A stretch of DNA of 64,000 bases. Source: Octopus vulgaris. Taxonomy: Eukaryota. Within the stretch, counting starts at the first letter, position 1, and each line of letters begins with the position of its first letter. Made by a program: the position numbers and the translations under genes. The stretch covers positions 75,764,001 through 75,828,000 of the forward strand of contig OX597814.1 in assembly GCA_951406725.2 (NCBI GenBank), written 5' to 3'. Below, one piece after another: positions 39,485-52,300 of the stretch. The notes under the pieces were generated by a model that saw nothing but the letters and a program-made list of their open reading frames with translations, was not told the DNA's origin and made no database searches.

Positions 39485-39902
39485 GAGAGAGAGGGAGAGA
39501 GAGAATGGTGAAGAGGAGAAGAGAAGAATAAGGAAAGGGTGGGAGAGAAAAAAGAAAGGAAGAAGAACAAGAGGTGGGGTAGATAGACAGAGAAGAGATA
39601 GAAGAGATAGAATAAGGATGCTTGGCGTCTGATTATATAATAATGTAAATAATATATAAATATATGCATATATACATACATATGTGTATATATACATGCA
39701 TATACATGACATAAAAAACAATGTAGACACGACGAGAAATGAAAACATAAAAACAAAAACATAGAAAACGAACTTTTTTCGAACAACGGAAAAAAACAGA
39801 AATGAGGCATGCAACATAAAGAACATTCCCTTCATCAGTTGTCCCCTGTTTTATCTACTCCAGATTTCGAAGGTAAGGACACTACGTGACTTCATTAAAA
39901 CA

Positions 39903-39905
<3 letters not shown>
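38908..39905 (-). mobile_element. Repeat family A, partial tandem (38908-39200 / 39645-39905), with permuted-hammerhead motifs at 39121-39181 and 39828-39888
   Basis: Direct repeats flanked by (TA)n; minus strand CGCG-TA-TTGTCC...GAAA-TGCA...GGACAA-CTGATGA-AGGG. Confidence 0.85.
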
Positions 39906-39960
<55 letters not shown>

Positions 39961-40663
39961 GAAATACATCAAGAGGCTTCTAAATAGGAAAGCCTTGTGC
40001 TAGAAAGAGCAGTAGAAAACTCAAACCACTAATTAAGGATAAATTCTCGAAAGGAATGAAAATTAAAAACGTTTACCACCTCAATTATTTCCCAAACCAT
40101 GGTTTCTAACTATTTCCAACCAAAGAATATTCTATGTGAATAATATATAGTCTAATGACTAATTCGTATTGTGCTAGGCCACTGGTAATAGTAATTTCTT
40201 ATTACCCTATTGTTATTTATTATGTTTAAATATTCTTTGATAAGTTTGTTCGAAATTTTACCGGCATCCTCTCTGTCGCCAGAAATAATCTGCGTCTGCT
40301 CAGTGGTCTGAAAAGTTAGAATATACAGGCAGTTAGTTTTACATGTGGATCTGGCTGTGTGTATATTTGAAATCCAAAGGCTTTCCTACTGATGAAAACT
40401 GGCCTCAGTAAATATTTTTTTGCTAGAAATAGTTAGAAACCATGGTCTGGGAAATAATTGAGATGGCAAACGTTTTTAATTTTCATTCCTTTCGAGAATT
40501 TATCCTTAATTAGTGGTTTGAGTTTTCTACTGCTCTTTGTAGCACAAGGCTTTCCTATTTAGAAGCCTCTTGATGTATTTCTTTGTGAATAATATGTAGT
40601 CTAATGACTAATTCGTTTTGTGCTAGGCCACTGGTAATAATAATTTCTTATTACTCTATTGTT
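39961..40663 (+). mobile_element. Penelope-style non-autonomous element: inverted 5' segment plus 449 bp partial tandem with HHR
   Basis: 39961-40130 is the reverse complement of 40411-40581; ~85 bp direct repeat 40132-40214 / 40581-40663; flanked by (TA)n. Confidence 0.85.
40382..40454 (+). ncRNA. Minimal type I hammerhead ribozyme motif
   Basis: TTTCCTA-CTGATGA-aAACT...AGTTa-GAAA-CCATGG-TC-TGGGAAA; 7 bp stem I, palindromic stem III, GUC site at 40447. Confidence 0.78.
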
Positions 40664-40888
40664 TTATATATATTTATATATATACATACAATGCACGTCT
40701 TTCAGTTTCTGTCTACCAAATTCACTCACAAAGCTTTGGTTGGCTCAGGACTAGAGTAGAAGACACATACTCAATGTGTAATGTAGTGGGACAGAACACA
40801 GAACCATGCCTATCATGTCTATAATGTAGCTATCTATCTGTCTGTCTGTCAGTCACTATATATATATCTATATAGTTATCTATATATC

Positions 40889-40920
<32 letters not shown>

Positions 40921-40930
40921 TGTATGTATG

Positions 40931-43900
40931 TCAGGTCACTTTCAAGTGCTACTGGTAACATGTAACCCAGTACAACCTTTTGCATGGTTGGCGACTAAAC
41001 CGGCAACCCCACCAAGCTTGCTTGGTGAGGAGGGTGTTTATTGGACACCCTGCGGGATGAAAAACAAAACCCGTCGAAGGGTGGAGGACCTCTTGAGAGT
41101 CAACGGCCATCCAATAAATGTTTGCACGGGTACGCAGAAATTCTGGGATGGTGTCTGGTGTGCTGAAAGACCACTGGGAGTGAGGCGCCCCTCAGCTTTT
41201 GTTAAAGCATGCCTCTAGGAGAAGGTCACTCTGATATAAAGCCAGATATGCAGGGAATGGCATTGGACATTTTGGGGATCTTTGGTTTGTGCTAGAGATC
41301 ACAGCGCTCCCACATCCCTGAGCCTGCGACTCGTATTGGCACCAGACATCTTGCTCCAGCTTGTCTCTGGATAATGTTAATAAAGTGGAGAGGGTCTATG
41401 AGGTGTTGTGCAAGCCTTACTGGACCTAAAACTCTGCACAGGCATTGCTGACTTCTGCTCAATATGTGCATTAAAAAATTTTTTTTTATTCTATATATAT
41501 TTATCTTATTTTTAGTATATATTTTCTTCATTTTTAGTATATATATATTTTTTTATTCGGAAGTCCTGCGGTGATGGGAAGGTGGTGAAGCATGCAGACC
41601 TGACGGTTTGGAAGCATGTAGTCAGCGACCTGCACGTAGGTGGCCCATGCTAGATATAAAGTCGTCTCCTTGTCGCCCAAGACAACGGTAGGATTCGGCT
41701 GCTGCATGGGTGTCTGAGCAGCTCCATTTGGAGAGGGCACTGCTCAACTGGAGACCGGGGAGGTTCTAGAAAAGGTGAACCAAAAATTGCCTGTCTTTCC
41801 ATATCTGGTCAGTTTAGTGCGACTGACGGATGTCCACCCTGCGCTTGAAAAACAAAGAGTCTTTTATCTATAAAATCAGGACGGAACTTAAACATTTCAT
41901 GTTGGAATGTGCGCACTCTGTTGGACAACAAGAGTGATTGCAGGCCTGAAAGACGCACTGCACTTGTTGCTCGTGATCTGAACCGTTATAAAATTGATAT
42001 AGCTGCACTCTCAGAGACTCGTATAGAAGGTGATGGTCAGCTTGAGGAAGTAGGAGGTGGATACACCTTTTTTTGGAAAGGAAGGCAGAAGGAGGAGCGC
42101 AGAGAGGCTGGTGTTGGTTTTGCAGTCCGATCTGATATCCTTAAGAAGTTGGAAGAGCTCCCTGTTACTATAAATGAATGTATAATGACCCTACGGTTGC
42201 ACTTGAAAGGTACACTTTGACTAGCTGTGATGAAGATAAAACAATCTTCTATACCCAACTGAGAGCCATACTTAGAAAAATCCCCAATTCTGATAAAGTC
42301 ATTCTACGGGGGGGGATTTTAATGCCAGAGTTGGAACAGACTGGCAAACATGGAACTCTCTAGGACATTTTGGAGTAGGGAAGATGAATAGCAATGGTCT
42401 CATGCTACTGGAGCTTTGCAAAGAACATGGACTTTACATTGCAAGCACTCATTTTGTGCACAAAGGTGATCACACAACAACATGGATGCATCCAAGGTCC
42501 AAAGTCTGGCACTTGCTGGATTATGTCATCATCCGCAAGCGCGACATTTATGACATTTGTAATGTCAAGTCCCTGCATGGATCAGAATGCTGGACAGACC
42601 ACAGTCTGGTGCGAGCAAAGTTCTGAATGGTGATTAGGGCGAAAGAGAGAAGAGGACCAGTCAGCATTTTTCACCGTCTAAATGTCCACAAGGTATATGA
42701 TGTTGTGGTTAGGAAAGAGCTTCAGACTCGCTTGTCCAGCATTGAAACTGCTGCAGCATGGGAAGATTTTCGAGACCAGGTTGTTCAATGTGCAGCTGAA
42801 ACACTGGGGTATGTTACCGCCGGACACAGAGACTGGTTCGATGAGAATGATGCTGAAATTCAATGACTATTAGTGGTAAAGCGCCATGCCCACAGTGTGT
42901 TGCTGCACAGAGAACTGTCTACTGTGCAGCGAAGTCTAGCACTTGCTCACTATAACAGTGTTAAATCACTACTGCAGCGATCTCTCAGGAAGATGCAGAA
43001 CACTTGGTGGGAGGATCTTGCTCGTGATGTTCAGGCTGCTGCTGATGCAAATGACAGCAAGAAGCTTTACCATCTTATGAAGCGAGGTCATGGACCTAAG
43101 AGCTCCACATCAGCTCCTTTGCTTTCCAAGGAGTCTTCCACCCTGTTTACTAAATCAACAGAAATCACAGGTCGCTGGATCGAACACTTCTCTGAACTCC
43201 TAAACCATGAGTCAGTTGTGGATGAAACAGTGATTGATACTATGAAACAAAGACCTATCATTGGCTCTTTAGACTCCTTGCCCTCAATTGATGAAGTAAT
43301 GACATCAATAAGTAAATTGAATCTTGGTAGGGCACCTGGAAAGGATGGAATTTGTACTGAGGTCTTGCGATTTGGTGGTAATTGCATCACACAGTCCCTT
43401 CATGAACTTATTAGTCCAGTCTGGAGGGATGGTGCATCATTCTCATCGAACCAGTTCCTAAGGACTGGAAGGATGCAATTATTCTTACTCTATATAAAGG
43501 AAAAGGAGCCAGAACTACAGAGGTATTGCTCTACTATCAGCTGCTGGCAAGGTTCTGGCAAATATTCTTCTTGCCCGTTTGAATGGGTGTCTCGTAAATG
43601 ATGTCCTATCTGAATCTCAATGTGGCTTCTGATAGAGGGACAATGGATATGATTTTCAGAGCAAGACTGATGCAGGAGAAGTGCTATGAGCAGAATATGG
43701 ATCTTGTCCAGGTATTCATTGATTCAACTAAGGCCTTTGATACAGTAAATAGGGCCTTTCTATGGAAAATACTTGGCAAACTTGGATGTCCGGATCACTT
43801 TGTATCTATAATTAAATCATTTCATGATGGGATGGAGGCTTGGGTCAATGTTGGTGGTGCTATGGCGGGACCCATTCCTGTAGAGAATGGTGTCAAGCAG

Positions 43901-45104
43901 GGTGACATCCTTGCCCCAACTCTCTTTTCTTTGTACTTTGCTGCTACTTTTACTCATGCTTTTGCTAAGTTTAGCTCTCTGGGAATATGTGTCCGATATC
44001 GATCTTCTGGCTGCCTCTTTAATCTTCGCCAATTTGCTGCCAATTCAAAGGTTTCCCAGTCTATTATTCGTGACCTCCTTTATGCAGATGACTGTGACAT
44101 AGTCACTCATACAGTGGATGACATGCAAATACTCATGAATTGCATTTCTGCTTCTTGCAGAGCATTTGGACTCAGCATTAGCCTGGACAAGACTGTTGCA
44201 ATGTTCCAGCCTGCACCAGGAAATCCATATATAGAACCAGCTATCTTAGTTGAACGAACAATTCTGAAGGTAGTAGACAAGTTTGTCTACCTGGGCAGCA
44301 CACTCAGCCTTTCTTGCTCCCCAGATGAGGAAATATCTTTCAGGTTGCAGAGAGGAACTAATTCCTTCCGGTCTCTTCAATCTCGTGTCTGGTCCCAACA
44401 TGGCATCACAAGGAGAACAAAAGTTGCTGTGTACCGTGCTTGTGTACTGACATTGCCTCTCTACTCATGTGAGACATGGACTCTGTACAAACGTCAGGTA
44501 AGGGTCCTTGAACGTTTTCATCAGAGATGTCTCAGACACATTCTCAATGTTGGCTGGACCTCAAAAACTCCAGACACACAGATCTTGAGGACAGTTGATA
44601 TCTTGAGTATTGAGGTGATGGGGCACAAGCACCGGTTACATTGGACTGGACACCTTATTTGAATGAAGGATAGAAGGATTCCTAAGCAGATGCTCTATGG
44701 AGAACTTGTGAATGGAAAGAGACTCCGGCAGAAACCAAGGCTGTGATTTAAGGACTGTGTCAAGTCCTCATTAAAGGCCTGTGATATGCAGGACACTGAC
44801 TGGGAGAACAATGCCAGTCATCGCCACAGATAGAGGAAGCAGGTTAAGGAGGGGATTGACACTTTTGAGAGAGCACGTATCCAGCATGAAGAACTTAAGC
44901 GAGCTGCTTGAAAGTGCACGGCTCATATAGTGAATGGGGAAAGCTTGGTCTGCAATATTTGCAGTCGTGTATGCTTGTCAAGAGCAGGGCTCATTAGCCA
45001 CCAATGGAGCCGCAAATGCAAAATATAAGTTAGTCCTAGAGTGCACCATGTTCCTGAAGGTCGGCAATGGTCTTCCTTGGTCACGAGTAGATGGCCATCA
45101 CATC
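40931..45104 (+). mobile_element. Full-length but decayed BovB-like RTE LINE inserted in (ATGT)n
   Basis: APE endonuclease WNVRTLLD...RPERRTALVARDL...AALSETR; RT GVKQGDILAPTLF and LLYADD; C-terminal CNIC..H; several stops and frameshifts; (TATG)n on both sides. Confidence 0.95.
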
Positions 45105-45572
45105 ATGTATGTATGTATGTATGTTTGTATGTATGTATGTATGTAAGTATGTATGTAAGTATGTATGTATGTATGTATGTATGCATGCATGCATGCATGT
45201 ACATATATATATATGTTTGTATCCATGCATGTATAAAGTGCTTATAAGATAAGAGACTAGTCCATCAAAACAGATAAAGCTTCTCTTTCATCTGCAGGGG
45301 AATCTTCTTGTTTACAATAATATTTGTAAACTTACAGACTACCTAGTTCTGAAAGACAACTTTTGAAAATTTCTCAATGAAATTATCATATTTATCCTGG
45401 ATATAAGATATAAACATTGATTACAAATTGTTCTAAGAAAGTACACAAAAAATGGGGAAATTCTTATCTCAGCAGCTCAAATTCAAGAACATATAATATT
45501 CTTTTATTGCACATCATTTTATTAATGCTTTCATCTAGAAATTACACAAAAATATAATATATAATATATGTA

Positions 45573-45608
<36 letters not shown>

Positions 45609-45737
45609 CGTGCGTACATGTTAGATAATAAAACAAATGATTTATACTTGGTAGCTCACTGGTGAAGCATGATAAATTTCACAGTCGTTATGTATTTGGT
45701 TAATGAGAGATGGCAGATGGAAGATACGAGAATTTTT

Positions 45738-45850
45738 ATTAATCAATATGTTTGTTTCAACCCATCTAGCATCGATCCCTCATGGGTGAATACTTAACAA
45801 CAGGTTTAGGAGCATCCGATAGTGCAGATGTGTCTCTTCAAGTGATAAAT
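45738..45850 (-). ncRNA. Possible decayed hammerhead motif
   Basis: ATCAC-TTGAAGA-GACACATCTGCA...TGCTAGATGGGTT-GAAA-CAAACA-TA-TTGAT; long stem II, broken stem III. Confidence 0.3.
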
Positions 45851-46829
45851 AGATATAATTTCCTAAAATAACAGTTCTGCAATGTATCTTTTCAGTTTAT
45901 CTTCATTTATATAGAAGATCAATAATAAAATAACAGATGCAAAAAAGAAACGAACATGTAATACAGTGAAAAAAGAATAAGACATTTGCCCAAAGTGACA
46001 CACAGTGGGACTGAACCTGGAACCATGTGGTTAAGAAGCTTGCTTCCCAACCACATGGTTTCAGGCTCACTACAATTGTGTGGCACCTTGGGCAAGTGTC
46101 TTATACTATAGCCTAGGGCTGACCAAAGTGTTCAAAGCGTTTGGTAGACAGAAACTAAAAGAAGCCCATCGTATATATACATATATATATATATGTAATC
46201 ATTTATGTGTGTGTGTGTGTGTTTGTGCTTGTCCCCTAGCCATTGCTTGACAACTGATGTTGGTGTCTTTACATCCCTGTAACTTAGTGGTTCAGCAAAA
46301 GAGACTCATAGAACAAGTACTAAGCTTGCAAAGAACAAGCCCTCGGGTCAATTTCTCTGACTAAAGGCAGTGCTCCAGCATGACCACAGTTGAATGACTG
46401 AAACAAGTAAAAAAAATAAAAGAATAAGAGAATAACCATTAATGGATGTGGATGCATAAATGTACTTGTGTAAGTTGTATGGCACATGTATATTTGCTCA
46501 TATACATGCATATATATATAATGTTTATACATGTATGTTTATATATATATACGTGTGTGTGTGAGATCATCATTTCAACATCCACTGTTCCATGCTTGTA
46601 TGGGTTAGATGGAGTCTATTGAGGTACATTTTCCAAGGCTGCCTGCCTTTTCTGTTGCCAACCCTTATCTGTTTACAAGTAAGGTAATATTTCACCACAA
46701 CCAGAAATGTTTTCACAGAATAATGAAAATTCTGACATTCATTTACAATATTACATGATGTCCTGACAAGGAAACACAAACAAACATACACTCACACACA
46801 TATATATATTGTAACATGATGATGATGTA

Positions 46830-47370
46830 TCTAATCTATTATATAAAATATCCATTCTGTCTGTCTGTCTGTGTCTTCTAGGATCTTGGGCATCCTCCAT
46901 CTGATTGCACTCAAATTTGATATATAGATACCGACAGGTATCAGGGCATGTATAAGTCTTGAAAAAATTACAAAAATCGATTCCTGGTGAGAATGCAATC
47001 GATAAAGCCGTGGGAAGGGGCATTTGTATGTGCAAGTACATCAGCTGTTGTGATTGATACTACGCATACGTGAGAAAAATGCATGTGCAGTTTGAACAAA
47101 AAAAAGCCAGCTGGCTTGAAATAATGCCACAAAATGCAGTATATTTAAGAGACCAAAAAAGTAAGATGCAAAAGAGATATTTTCTTCAAACTTGGCATGA
47201 AGGAAGGAAAGACTATTTGGTTTCTCAAAAAGTTTTTTTTTGCCTTAACTTTGTTTAACAAAATCAAAAATTTTATTGAAATAAAGGCATGCTTAATTAC
47301 TTTTTAATGAAAATAAAATACTGATTGCTTTTTATTCAGCAGATATGATTCAGCACTGTCCATTGGACGG
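46830..47370 (+). mobile_element. Non-autonomous Helitron-like element
   Basis: TCTAATCTATTATATAAAA start, then (CTGT)n and CTCAAATTTG, typical of short rolling-circle elements; inference only. Confidence 0.45.
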
Positions 47371-47415
47371 TGGTGGTGGTGGTGGTGGTGGGGGGGCGTT
47401 TTGGTTGTAGTATCG

Positions 47416-47473
<58 letters not shown>

Positions 47474-47504
47474 GTATGTGTGTGTATATATATATATAAT
47501 CAAA

Positions 47505-47998
47505 TCAAATCAAAATAGATGAACATCAATGGAATTTGTATCTTTGCGGTACCAGTGCCGGTGGCACATAAGAAAACCATCCGAACGTGGCCGTAGCCAG
47601 TACCACATTGACTGGCCTCCGTGCTGTGGGCACGTAAGAAACACCATCCGATCGTGGCCGTTCGTCAGCCTCGTCTGGCACCTGTGTCGGTGGCACATAA
47701 AAACACCATCCGAGCGTCGCCGTTCGCCAGCCTCGTCTGGCACCTGTGTCGGTGGCACATAAAAACACCATCCGAGCGTGGCTGTTCGCCAGCCTCGTCT
47801 GGCACCTGTGTCGGTGGCACATAAAATCACCCACTACACTCTCGGAGTGGTTGGCGTTAGGAAGGGCATCCAGCTGTAGAAACACTGCCAGATGTGACTG
47901 GCCTGGTGCAGCCTTCGGGCTCCCCAGACCCCAGTTGAACCGTCCAACCCATGCTAGCATGGAAAGCGGACGTTAAATGATGATGATGATGATGATGA
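47505..47998 (+). mobile_element. RTE 3' UTR-only insertion with 62-64 bp tandem units and (GAT)n tail
   Basis: Near-identical reverse complement of 49374-49866. Confidence 0.92.
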
Positions 47999-48629
47999 TA
48001 TATATATGAGGGAAACTGTGGAAGGAGTAGACCCAAGAAGACATGAGACGAAGTAGCAAGAAAGGATCTTCAGATACTGGGCCTCACTGAGGAAATGACA
48101 AGGGACCAGGAGTTGCGGGGATATGCTGTACTTGAGAAGATGCATTAAGCTAAGTAAAATTGTGATCATCCATGCATACAGGAATGTCCTATGCAGTGGC
48201 CAGTGCCATGTAAAATGCACTAATACTGGTGTTACATAAGTGCACCTATGCCAGTGGCACATGCAAAACACCTAGCACACTCTGTAAAGTAGTTGTCATT
48301 AAGAAGGGTATTCAGCCACAGAAACCATGGCAAAACAGACAGTCGGAAGCTGAACAGCTTCCCAGCTGGCCAGCTCTTGTCAAACTGTCCAGCCCATGCC
48401 AGTATTGAAAACAAATGTTAAATGAAGATGATGATATATATATATATACACACATAAGTGAAGAAAAGGCTGTGTGATAAGGGGTTTGCCTCCCAACCAC
48501 ATAGTGCTGGGTTCAGTACCACTGCATGGAACTTTTGGCAAGTGTCTTCTACTATGACTTCAGGATGACCAAAGCTTTGTGAGTGGATTTGATAGATGGA
48601 AACTGAAAGAAGCCCATTGTTTATGTATA

Positions 48630-48704
<75 letters not shown>

Positions 48705-48944
48705 GTATGTATTAGTGTGTGTGTTTGTGCTTGATGCCCACCACTGCTTGACAACTAGTGTTAGTGTGTTTACATCCTTGTAACTTAGGTCAGCAAAAGA
48801 GACTGACAGAATAAGCACCAGGCATTAAAAATAGAAGTACTGGGGTCGATTCATTTGAGTAAAATTCTTGAAGGCGGTGCCCCAGCATGGCCACAGTCTA
48901 ATGACTGAAACAAGTAAAAGAATAAATAAAAATATATATATATA

Positions 48945-49164
48945 TGAAGAATAAGGAGAAAACGGAGAGGCAGTTAATAAAATATGACAGCATCTCTGAC
49001 ATCTTTACTACTTCTGAAGAGATTCATCTTATAATGATTTTAGTTTTCATAAATTAATTATCTAAAGACTACTGAATCGAAACAGCTGTCAGAGGTGTTG
49101 TCATATTTTATAATTAATATATAATATTTTATTAATTACCTCTCCACTTTCTCCTTATTCTTTA
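48945..49164 (+). mobile_element. Fold-back Penelope-style remnant with a hammerhead core at 49011-49094
   Basis: CTGAAGA-GATTCA...TGAATC-GAAA-CAGCTG-TC-AGAG (stem I weak); 48945-49001 is the reverse complement of 49087-49164. Confidence 0.75.
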
Positions 49165-49306
49165 AATATATAAATATATGACCCATGATTTATATAGTTA
49201 CCTTATTGTTGAACTTTCTATGGGTTGGTAACTCACCAGTATTTTCATTGGATTTTATTATCCCTTAATGAGGCTTATAACCTTTATTTGAATCTCTCTC
49301 TATCTT

Positions 49307-49373
<67 letters not shown>

Positions 49374-49375
<2 letters not shown>

Positions 49376-52300
49376 TCATCATCATCATCATCGTTTAACG
49401 TCCGCTTTCCATGCTAGCATGGGTTGGACGGTTCAACTGGGGTCTGGGAAGCCCGAAGGCTGCACCAGGCCAGTCAGATGTGGCAGTGTTTCTACAGCTG
49501 GATGCCCTTCCTAACGCCAACCACTCCGAGAGTGTAGTGGGTGATTTTATGTGCCACCGACACAGGTGCCAGACGAGGCTGGCAGACGGCCACGCTCGGA
49601 TGGTGTTTTTTATGTGCCACCGACACAGGTGCCAGACGAGGCTGGCAGACGGCCACGCTCGGATGGTGTTTTCTTATGTGTCACCGACACAGGTGCCAGA
49701 CGAGGCTGGCGGATGGCCACGCTCGGATGGTGTTTGTTACGTGCCCTCAGCACGGAGGCCAGTCATTGCGGTACTGGCTACGGTCACGTTCGGATGGTTT
49801 TCTTATGTGCCACCGGCACTGGTACCACAAGGATACAAATTCCATTGATGTTCATCTATTTTGATTTTGTTTGATTTTTTGATTTACACTTGCCTCAACA
49901 GGTCTTCACAAGTGTCACAAGAAGGAAGGTATGCACAGGTGGACTGACTACGTCCCAGGTAGGGGCCACGGATTATGGCTTCACTAGTCTTGCCGGGTCT
50001 TCTCACGCACAGCATACTTCCATAGGTCTCGGTCTCTAGTCATTTCCATGGTGAGACCTAACGTCCGAAGGTCGTGCTTCACCAACTCGTCCCAGGTTTT
50101 CCTGGGTCTACCTCTTCCACGGGTTCCCTCAACTGCTAGGGATTGGCACTTTCTCACACACCTATCTTCATCCATTCTCGCCACATGACCATACCAGCGC
50201 AATCGTCTCTCTTGCACACAACAACTGATGCTTCTTAGGTACAACATTTCTCTCAAGGTACTAACGCTCTGTCGAGTAAGTACACTGACATTACACATCC
50301 ATCGGAGCATACTGGCTTCGTTCCTCACGAGCTTACGCATGTCCTCAGCAGTCACGGCCCATGTTTCACTGCCATGTAGCATAGCTGTTCGTACACATGC
50401 ATCATACAGTCTGCCTTTTACTCTGAGCGAGAGGCCTTTAGTCACCAGCAGAGGTAAGAGCTCCCTAAACTTTGCCCAGGCTATTCTTATTCTAGCAGTT
50501 ACACTTTCAGTGCACCCACCCCCACTACTGACTTGGTCACCTAGATAGCGGAAGCTATCAACTACTTCTAGTTTTTCCCCCGGAAAGTGACAGAAGTTGT
50601 TTTCTGCAGATTTTCGGAGGTCAATGCTCCAGAGCACCTGCCACATACAAAAACTATCTTCCCAGTTAGCCTACCTTTGACATTGCTGCACCTCTTATGT
50701 GTCCATAGCTTACACTGGGTACATCTTATAGAGTTTCTACCTACACCTTTTCTACAGATCGAGCAGGGCCATCTTCCTGAGGATATTTGTGGGTTTTCTA
50801 CCTTTCTACTTATTAGTACTTTGGTTTTAGCTAGGTTGACTCTAAGGCCCCTCGATTCTAAACCCTCCTTCCACACCTGGAACTTCTCCTCCAGTTCTGA
50901 TAGTGACTCAGCGATTAGAGCGAGGTCGTCAGCATAGAGGAGCTCCCAGGGGCAACCTGTCTTGAATTCCTCCGTTATTGCCTGGAGGACTATGATAAAT
51001 AGGAGGGGGCTGAGTACTGAACCCTGGTGGACCCCAACCTCTACTTTGAATTCTTCTGTGTACATGTTGCCAACTCTAACCTTACTTACGGCATCTCTGT
51101 ACATGGCTTGCACAGCCCTCACCAGCCATTCATCTATCCCTAGTTTCCTCATTGACCACCAGATGAGGGATCGGGGGACCCTATCAAAGGCTTTCTCCAT
51201 GTCAACGAAAGCCAGGTACAGGGGCTTATCCTTGGCTAGGTATTTCTCCTGCAGCTGCCTTACCAGGAATATAGCATCAGTGGTGCTTTTCCCTGGGACA
51301 AACCCAAACTGCATCTCATCTAAACTAACTCTCTCTCTAATTAGTTGGGCTATGACCCTCTCCGTAACCTTCATTACCTGATCCAACAGCTTGATACCTC
51401 TGTAATTATTTGTATCCAGGGCATCACCTTTACCTTTGTAGCAGTTGACTAGTATGCTGCTACACCAGTCATTGGGTATGACTCCTTCGTGTATCACCTG
51501 GTTGACTATACGGGTGACTAGGTTATAGCCGACACTGCCAGATATTTTGAGCATCTCTGCAGTAATTCCTGATGGGCCTGGGGCTTTCCCTGTCTTCATG
51601 CTTCTAATTGCCTTAGCTACCACGGAACTATCAACTCGGATAGCTGGTCCCTCTGTTGGGTCAACATTTGGCAGACTCTCTTTATCCCATTCATTTTCTT
51701 TATTCAGCAAACTTTCATAGTGGCATCTCCAAACCTCTCTCTTTGCATCCTCATTTAGCGCAAGTGAACCATCATCCATGCGAACACACTTCTCTCCTAC
51801 CACATCACGATTCTCTCTCACACACTGTCTTGCAACACGAAATACCTCAAGTCTTTCATCCTCACGGCTCAGAACATTGGCAAATTTTTTCTTATCCGCT
51901 TCCCCTCTGGCTAAATAAACCTGTCTCCTAGCTTCCCTTTTGGCTGTCTGATACAATTCCCTGCTACCACCGTTCTTCCAGTCCTTCCAAGCCTGTCTCT
52001 TTTGTCTAATAGCCCCGTCAACCACCGTGTTCCACCACCATGTAACTCTGGGTCGAGATGGTACTTTGCTCCATCCACAGATCTGGTCAGTGGCTGTCAG
52101 CAGATTGTCCCGTAGGAATCTCCAGTTGTCTTCCACATTAAGTGGAGCTATATCCCCTTCTATTTCGTCAGAGGCTTCGAGTAGTATGTCTCTAAATCTC
52201 TGTCCATTTGCAGGATCTTTAAGCTTCCAGACCCTTCTCCTCCAAGCTGGTCTTCTTCTGGGCAACCATTTAGCTCTGATCCTGAAGTCGCTAACTACTA

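Noticed and set aside
39828-39875. Reading family A/B motifs as conventional type II hammerheads (GAAA...CTGATGA)
   Set aside because: No stem I hairpin forms between GAAA and CTGATGA; the NUH and stem I partner lie upstream of GAAA, which led to the permuted model.
49545-49822. CRISPR-like appearance of the 62-64 bp array
   Set aside because: No unique spacers, no cas genes, eukaryotic LINE 3' UTR context.
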